A stretch of 14,178 nucleotides of DNA from Octopus sinensis. Its lineage: Eukaryota. The position numbers and the translations under genes were made by a program. The stretch covers positions 1 to 14,178 of the forward strand of contig NW_021825864.1 in the NCBI RefSeq assembly GCF_006345805.1, in the 5' to 3' direction. Positions 8,022 through 14,178 of this stretch are shown here, one piece after another. Below the pieces are notes generated by a model, which was given only the letters and a program-made list of their open reading frames with translations, made no database searches and was not told the origin of the DNA. The number at the start of each line of letters is the position of its first letter. The first letter of the stretch is position 1.

Positions 8022-8494
8022 CAGAAATTCTTCGCTTGCATATTTTGAGTTTGCTGGCACTGTTAGTTTCGAGCAGATCTTCAGAAGCGATAAGAAGCCG
8101 AAAGGGTATGCTCCCACTTTCAGTGTTTTCAAATCCAAACCAAGGAGTTCTGAGCTGATGATAGAAATGTTGAGTTGACTAATCTAGAAACGTACGTTCT
8201 CAAATAACCTTTGCATTTGATTTTTTAATGTCTTTACCCCCATACTTTCGTGAGTTGAATTGAGCAAACACTATATGAGAGAGATTTTCTTTAAGTATTA
8301 GAAATAGTTTTAAAAAAATTTTTTTTAGCTACTATTTCTAATGAGTTCAGTATGTGGCAAAGTAATTTATTTTACTAAGCCCTTTTATATAATGTAATAA
8401 TTTGAATTCGCCTTAAATGGTCCCTTTGCATACTGAATACTTGGTGAAATTGATTAATAATTAATTAATTTTACCCTCAATTGTTGAAATTATA
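8022..8494 (+). mobile_element. Retrozyme/Penelope pLTR-like HHR element, right arm (inverted)
   Basis: 8022-8399 is the reverse complement of 7418-7791 (about 6 differences). It continues across the monomer junction, so 8351-8494 is the reverse complement of 7878-8021. Confidence 0.8.
8151..8202 (+). ncRNA. Intact type I hammerhead ribozyme
   Basis: TGAG 8151-8154, CTGATGA 8155-8161, TAGA 8162-8165, TCTA 8183-8186, GAA 8187-8189, ACGTACGT 8190-8197, T 8198, CTCA 8199-8202. Predicted cleavage is after GUU at 8198. Confidence 0.8.
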
Positions 8495-8519
8495 TATATA
8501 TATATATATATATATACAT

Positions 8520-8866
8520 GCATATTTGACAGGACATCGCCAACGGTGCAAATAATATGAAATACATAAACAGACGAGTTAAATACGTAAACAACGAGGA
8601 AAATGGAAAACAGGACAACTGAACACTGAGAAAGGACACTCTCCCAGTTGCCGGCTCTCAATCTGCTCCTCATTTCGAGCATTCAACGACAATATGAGTC
8701 TTCAAAGACATCCGCTTCCATAAATTCTAAAATAAAATTTAGGATTTGTGGAGAGTCAAAGTTGGGAACAAAAACATGGCAGTGGAGACATAGAAGGAAG
8801 CCGAACGAAAACAAATATGGAGGGTCGTTAGACCATAACGAGAGGAAAATAGTGAACGCTGGGAGA
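8520..8866 (-). repeat. Unclassified interspersed repeat, possibly Penelope-derived
   Basis: Microsatellite-bounded block with a pyrimidine-rich minus strand; resemblance to octopus repeats is from memory only. Confidence 0.25.
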
Positions 8867-9295
8867 AACGTATATATATATATGTGTGTGTGTGTGTATA
8901 TTTATATATGTACATATATTGTGTGTGTGTATATATATAAACCACAAAAAGTCAGAAGGGTGGGAAATGAATACATTTATTCAGCCACTTGACATCCATG
9001 GGGTTACAGCCGTTTCGCAGCCTTTGTCATGTAGTAATGATTTCAGTGTGAAATAAATTATGTTCACATGTTTGCATAAATATGTATGTTACATATTATA
9101 AAGCGCAATTGTTTATTCATAATTTAATGCAATTAAAAAAAGCTAGCACATCAGATCACCAGAACATAATGCTTACACCAGCGATTCTTCTCTAAGTACG
9201 CATACAAAATTATCTTTTTATATGTATAATGTATGGAAAACCGAGACTTCCATACATAGATGTATTTGTGTTCAGTTACGCAGATGAACTAAACA

Positions 9296-9348
9296 CAAAA
9301 CCACGCGGTTGCAAAGCGAACTTCTTAACCAATCGACTCTGCCTATAC
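9296..9348 (-). mobile_element. Eroded SINE head fragment
   Basis: Minus strand TGGTTAAGAAGTTCGCTTTGCAACCGCGTGGTT resembles the head of the CORE-like SINE (TGGTAAGAAGCTTGCTTCCCAACCACATGGTT at 12329-12360). Confidence 0.4.
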
Positions 9349-10110
9349 AATATGAAATACAAAACGTATAATGAATTTAAAATGAGAGGTTGGAGAAAGA
9401 GATTATATGAAATTTTCTGGCTAAGGAGAAAAAAGAGAGGAGAGAATGAAGTATAGGAAAAATAATCGCTCTGGCTATGTATATTGAAAATATTGAGCCT
9501 GAAGGACTAGAAAAATAGAAAGGATGTATAAATAAGCTTGAATAAAAAGCAATGTTTAAATACATTAATGGGGGGGGGGAAATTGGTGAAACAAAGGGAA
9601 GGGGAAAGTGAATGGAAAAATTGTAATAAAAGAGAGCAGCTACAGAGAGAACGCAAAGGAAATTCTTTAAAAATCCGTATTAAGGAAAAATACGATTCAG
9701 ATTAGCCAAGCGGGTGGTAGGAAAATTATATGAATATATATAACCAACTGAAATTCTTAAATGAAGGAAAACAAGGAAAAGATCATCAGATGGCGACGAT
9801 AAGTCCGATGATTCAAAGTAAATCAAAGATTCAAAGATGTTGTACAATAGCGAAAGAAATCCGTTGAAGGGAAGGAAATATTATAATGCAACAATTTCGA
9901 AGAGTGCCTGCAAGAACTTTGCAACTCATGTCTTTTAATGCATTAAATTTTGAAAAACAGATTTATTCACAAGAACATGTCTTCAAGTATATGAACCATA
10001 TATGTAGGGTGCCACTTCTACAATGATGCAAATTGCACCCTGAAAATACAGTTCATATATTAAATGGAATCGCATAGGAATCTCTCAAAAGCCAATCATA
10101 GCCTGTCGAA

Positions 10111-10357
10111 AAGGATTCTCTCAATCGAGGTCCATATTACCCTTGGTGGAGGATTCATTTAAGATTTTATTATTGAAATTTATGTGCCATAAATTTGATT
10201 ATTTTTCTACAATACGCAAAATATGTTAATTTTTTTACACGCGTCCTACTACTTAATTATACAATAGGTTTTTTAATACATCGAATGGCTATTGGCCCAG
10301 TGGAGGAAAATAGGAAGAGAAAAGGGTCCACAAGCAAAAAATTATTGAGAAACACTG
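10111..10357. mobile_element. hAT-Charlie-type MITE
   Basis: Right end TTGAGAAACACTG is the reverse complement of CAGTGTTTCTCAA, a Charlie-type TIR. It is followed by CTCTAGAA (10358-10365), matching the NTCTAGAN target consensus. The left TIR is eroded and the left flank CTGTCGAA (10103-10110) matches 6 of 8. Confidence 0.6.
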
Positions 10358-10515
10358 CTCTAGAAGATCGAATAGGATTGAATAAGATACGCTTTATTTT
10401 AATGAAGCGTATCTTAAGTATTTTCTATCACTTTGGTTGAAAATTTCAATACAGCTGTATGTGTGTTGTGTGCCTGTATTATACATATATAAATATATAT
10501 ATATATACATATACA

Positions 10516-10546
<31 letters not shown>

Positions 10547-10822
10547 GAGTGTGTGTGTGTATTATATAAACTACGCGCGTTTCATGACAACATATTCCTC
10601 GATATTGCTGAAGTCTCGAAATATATATATATATTTCGAGACTTTCTATTTCAGCAATATCGAGAATATGTTGTCATGAAACGCCGCGTAGTTATATATT
10701 GTTATGTATATGATTTAGAATAAGAAGTTAGATATTAATTTTTAAATAATTTTTAATATTTAGTCCTATATGTACCTATCGTGGATAATGTCGTTCAATG
10801 ATGATTGAGTTGCTTGAGGGTG

Positions 10823-10866
<44 letters not shown>

Positions 10867-11689
10867 TAAAATGTCGTCTAAATTACGCAAATGTGAAAAT
10901 AACAATGACATCTCATTTTAAAAGATATATTTACCAAAATATCTTGAAATACTAAAGAGTAAATGCGTTCAATAAAATCGCCTTTGGGTTCAACCACAAC
11001 CTCCAGACAACTTCGGGATCTCATGCAACTCTTCTGGACGCTATCTTTGTTTAAGTTGGTGAATGCTGCCATAATCCTTGCCTTCCGTTCATCTTTGGTG
11101 TTACAAGGAGTTTTGTTGGTCTCTCGCTCAAACGCGCCCCACACTTAATAATCAAGTGGGTAGCAATCTAGGGAGTTAGGTACCCTGATGTTAGGAGTGA
11201 TGCGGTTGCAGACATTGTCTGACAGCCATGACTGGTTTCTCCTGCTTGTGTGACATGGTGCAGGGTTCTGTTGCCAAACACAGGGTCTTCCAGCAGCCAC
11301 CCTCTTGACCCAAGGTAGCACTACCTCCTCCAGGCACTTAATGTAGGCCGCTGTGTTGAGTCTGAGGCCGTGTGGGAAGATGAATGGAGGTATAATGTCG
11401 CCATCATTAGTGATCACTCCAAGCATTATGATGTTGAGTGGATGTTTGATTTTTATCACTCTCGGGATAAGCCAACGGTTGTTCTATGTTCATCATCTGT
11501 TCGTATGTAGACTCCGGTGGGAACACCAAGCAGTACAGCATGTCGCTTCCAAATTTCTGGCGGAGTGAATTGCGTCATGGAGTTGTTTTTCTCATGGACG
11601 GAAACCAACTGATCCTACTACTGTGGTAGACGAATCAAAACAAACAGTGCACATGCACGAAATTAAAAATATAAAACGACGGCAATTTA
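10867..11689 (-). mobile_element. Internally deleted Tc1/mariner transposon, maT (DD37D) family
   Basis: ATG at 11578 (MTQFTPPEIWKRHAVLLG), then a deletion, then NNRWL..KHP..MLGVI..WQQNPAP..SLDCYPLDY*VWG..GDFIE (ends about 10968). There are 37 residues between the second (mutated to N) and third catalytic positions. TIR remnants TAAAATGTCGTC (10867-10878) and GACGGCAATTTA (11678-11689) match 10 of 12. Confidence 0.85.
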
Positions 11690-11953
11690 CCTTGAGTGTG
11701 TGCGTGTGTGCGTGAGTGTGCGTGTGTGCGTGAGTGTGTGTCTGTGTGCGTTTGCGTGTGTATGTGTGTGTGTGCGTGTGTGTGTGTAAGGTTAGTAGAG
11801 TTAGCGATTGGAATAACCGTCAAAGGGATAGGAATATCCGTTTTTGCCCCCGGTATAAATTGCATATCTTAACCCTGGGCATGGATATGCAAGCATACTA
11901 TGTTCATAGGATACAGGCAATAACAAAATAAACAAGAGTCTGTCAAGAATCAA

Positions 11954-12215
11954 ATTTAAATTAAGCAGATAATGGAGAAAATTCTTGATCAACAAACAAA
12001 TTGATTGCCATCGATTATTTTAAATACAAAACTTTAACATTTCTAACAGCCGTTTCTGCTTCCGATGTCTGTCAGAATTTTCTTTGGCAGTGCCGACAAA
12101 CATTGGAAGCAGAAACGGATGTTAGAAATGTTACAATTTTGCATTTAGAAAAATAATAATTGATGGTAGTCAATTTGTTTGTTGATCAAGAATTTTCTCC
12201 GTTTTCTGCTTAATT

Positions 12216-12220
<5 letters not shown>
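11954..12220. mobile_element. Foldback/MITE-like palindromic element
   Basis: Arms 11954-12075 and 12093-12220 are imperfect reverse complements around a 17-nt spacer, with (AT)n on the right. Confidence 0.8.
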
Positions 12221-12276
<56 letters not shown>

Positions 12277-12306
12277 CACAGAGAGACAGACAGACAGACA
12301 GACACA

Positions 12307-12710
12307 GGCGTAAGTGTGGCTGTGTGGTAAGAAGCTTGCTTCCCAACCACATGGTTACGGGTTCAGTCTCACTGCCTGACACCTTCGGCAACTGTAGCCT
12401 CAAGTCAGCGAAAGCCTTATAAGGGTATATTGTAAACGGAAACTGAAAGAAGCCCGTCATACATATATAATATATGTGTGTGAGTGCGTGTGTGTGTACC
12501 TTTGTGTCAGTTTTTGTCCTCTCCTCGCCGCTTAACAACCAGTGCTGGTGTGTTTACATCCCCGTAATCTAGCGGTTCGGCAAAAGATATCGATAGAATA
12601 AGTACTAAAAGTTACGATAAATAAGTCCTGATGTCGATTTGTTCGACTAAAACCCTTCAAGGAGGGGTTCTAGCATGGCCGCAGTCAAATGACTGCAACA
12701 AGAATTAAAA
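12307..12710 (+). mobile_element. Older copy of the CORE-like tRNA SINE
   Basis: Colinear with 1217-1660, with more substitutions and a small deletion in the CORE segment. Confidence 0.85.
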
Positions 12711-12714
12711 AATA

Positions 12715-12735
12715 TATGTGTGTGTATATGTATAT

Positions 12736-12777
<42 letters not shown>

Positions 12778-12787
12778 TACACACACC

Positions 12788-12819
<32 letters not shown>

Positions 12820-12870
12820 ATATATATATATATTATATATATATATATAATGCATGTATATATAACATAT
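12715..12870. repeat. Compound (TA)n/(CA)n microsatellite
   Basis: Directly visible. Confidence 0.9.
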
Positions 12871-13090
12871 TAACTAGAATGAAGAATTTCGCGTAACTTA
12901 TATATAAGTTACATCATACAACAACACGTTTCCATTACGTAAGCACTTTGGATATAACCATTCATTGTTATAATATACAAATAGGTGCATATTTAATCGA
13001 TTGTGATACCAGATATATCACAAAATTTATACTCTGTTTTCAAGGTGATCTGCCCGCGCGATGATCTAACAACAACGCCTACTACGTTGT

Positions 13091-13134
<44 letters not shown>

Positions 13135-13137
13135 TAT

Positions 13138-13175
<38 letters not shown>

Positions 13176-13265
13176 CATATGCATGTGTGTATATAAATAT
13201 TTATATATATATATATATTATATATATATAATTATAATATAATATATATATATATATATATATAT
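13091..13265. repeat. (GATA)n followed by (TA)n microsatellite
   Basis: Directly visible. Confidence 0.95.
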
Positions 13266-13682
13266 ACATGTGTGTTTGTGGTTACGTACACACACTCTCA
13301 AGCAAACACACACCACATTCGCAAATTATTTATTATACATATATAAATGTGTATATATTTAAATACATGTAAATGCGTGTTCGCGTGTTGATTAATTATT
13401 TAGTCTCTTAACCCAGTTTCTCTTTCCACTTTGGGAGCCATTATCATAATCAGGCTTCTATTTAAATGGGTTGTGAAGACAAATGAAATTAAACACTGTC
13501 AATAATTAAAACTTCAACACCATTAACGCTTCAGGATATAATTAGCTAATGAGAAGGAACATCAGGCATTAATATCGAGGGATTAAAATTTTGAGAAGTG
13601 GCAGGATTTATCAACCGAAGTCACACTTTGCAATCTTTTTCGTAGATTTACACAGAAATAATTTAGCATCAAAAGTATATCG

Positions 13683-13764
13683 TTGTTGTTGGTGGTGGTA
13701 GTGGTGGTGGTGGTGGTGGTAGTGGTGATGGTCATCGTCATCGTCGTACAAGGAGTAGTAGTAA

Positions 13765-13795
<31 letters not shown>

Positions 13796-13922
13796 CGGGG
13801 TGGTGGTCGTAGTGATGGTGGTGTTGGTGGTGGTGATGTTGCTGACGGTGCTGACTGCGTGGTGAGCGTGGTGATGATGATGTTTGTAATGGTGGTGGTG
13901 TTACCACTTCAAATTGTTGAAG

Positions 13923-13981
<59 letters not shown>

Positions 13982-14048
13982 CATTATTATAAAAGAATTA
14001 ATTATTATTATTATTATTATTATTATTGGTGGTGGTGGTGGTGGTGGT
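13683..14048. repeat. Compound trinucleotide microsatellite (GGT/GTC/GTA/GAT, then ATT and GGT)
   Basis: Directly visible; it explains the low-complexity ORFs in the track. Confidence 0.95.
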
Positions 14049-14178
14049 AAGCAGGCATAATCGTTAGCACGCCGGGTAAGATGCTAAGCGGCATTTCGTC
14101 TATCGTTACGTTCTGAGATCAAATTCCACCGAGGTAGACTTTGCCTTTCATCCTTTCGGGGTCGAAGAATAGAATGTA
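14049..14178 (+). mobile_element. tRNA-derived SINE, cut by the window end
   Basis: GGCATAATCGTTAGCACGCCGGG...GATCAAATTCCACCGAGG...CCTTTCGGGGTCGA; same family as 6098-6294. Confidence 0.8.

Noticed and set aside
8630-8680. Possible eroded HHR in the 8520-8866 repeat
   Set aside because: The minus strand reads CAACTGGGAGAG with no CUGANGA core and no correctly placed GAAA.
9775-9795. Isolated CTGATGA on the minus strand
   Set aside because: No helix II or GAAA follows; such a 7-mer is expected by chance.
13611-14050. Poly-His, poly-Tyr and poly-Val ORFs, and likewise the poly-Ile and poly-Asn ORFs at 3702-4014
   Set aside because: They are translations of trinucleotide microsatellites.

Overview
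AT-rich, microsatellite-dense eukaryotic DNA with no supportable host protein-coding gene. The SINE families present look like Octopus/coleoid cephalopod repeats (recognised from memory, not from a search). Nearly the whole window is nested mobile DNA: tRNA-derived SINEs (one CORE-like), a decayed R4/Dong-type RLE LINE (about 3639-6640) interrupted twice, a Penelope-like GIY-YIG remnant, an internally deleted maT (DD37D) transposon, a hAT-Charlie-type MITE and a foldback element. The main signal is two unrelated non-coding elements that each carry type I hammerhead ribozyme (HHR) motifs with palindromic helix III and are each integrated as a head-to-head inverted pair. One is a 555-bp circularly permuted, retrozyme-like unit with two intact cores (7418-8494). 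The other is a tRNA-headed SINE-like element with an HHR tail and a 14-bp target-site duplication (3695-4213). Both suggest Penelope-driven, two-ended priming on ribozyme-containing RNAs. Novelty could not be checked without databases.
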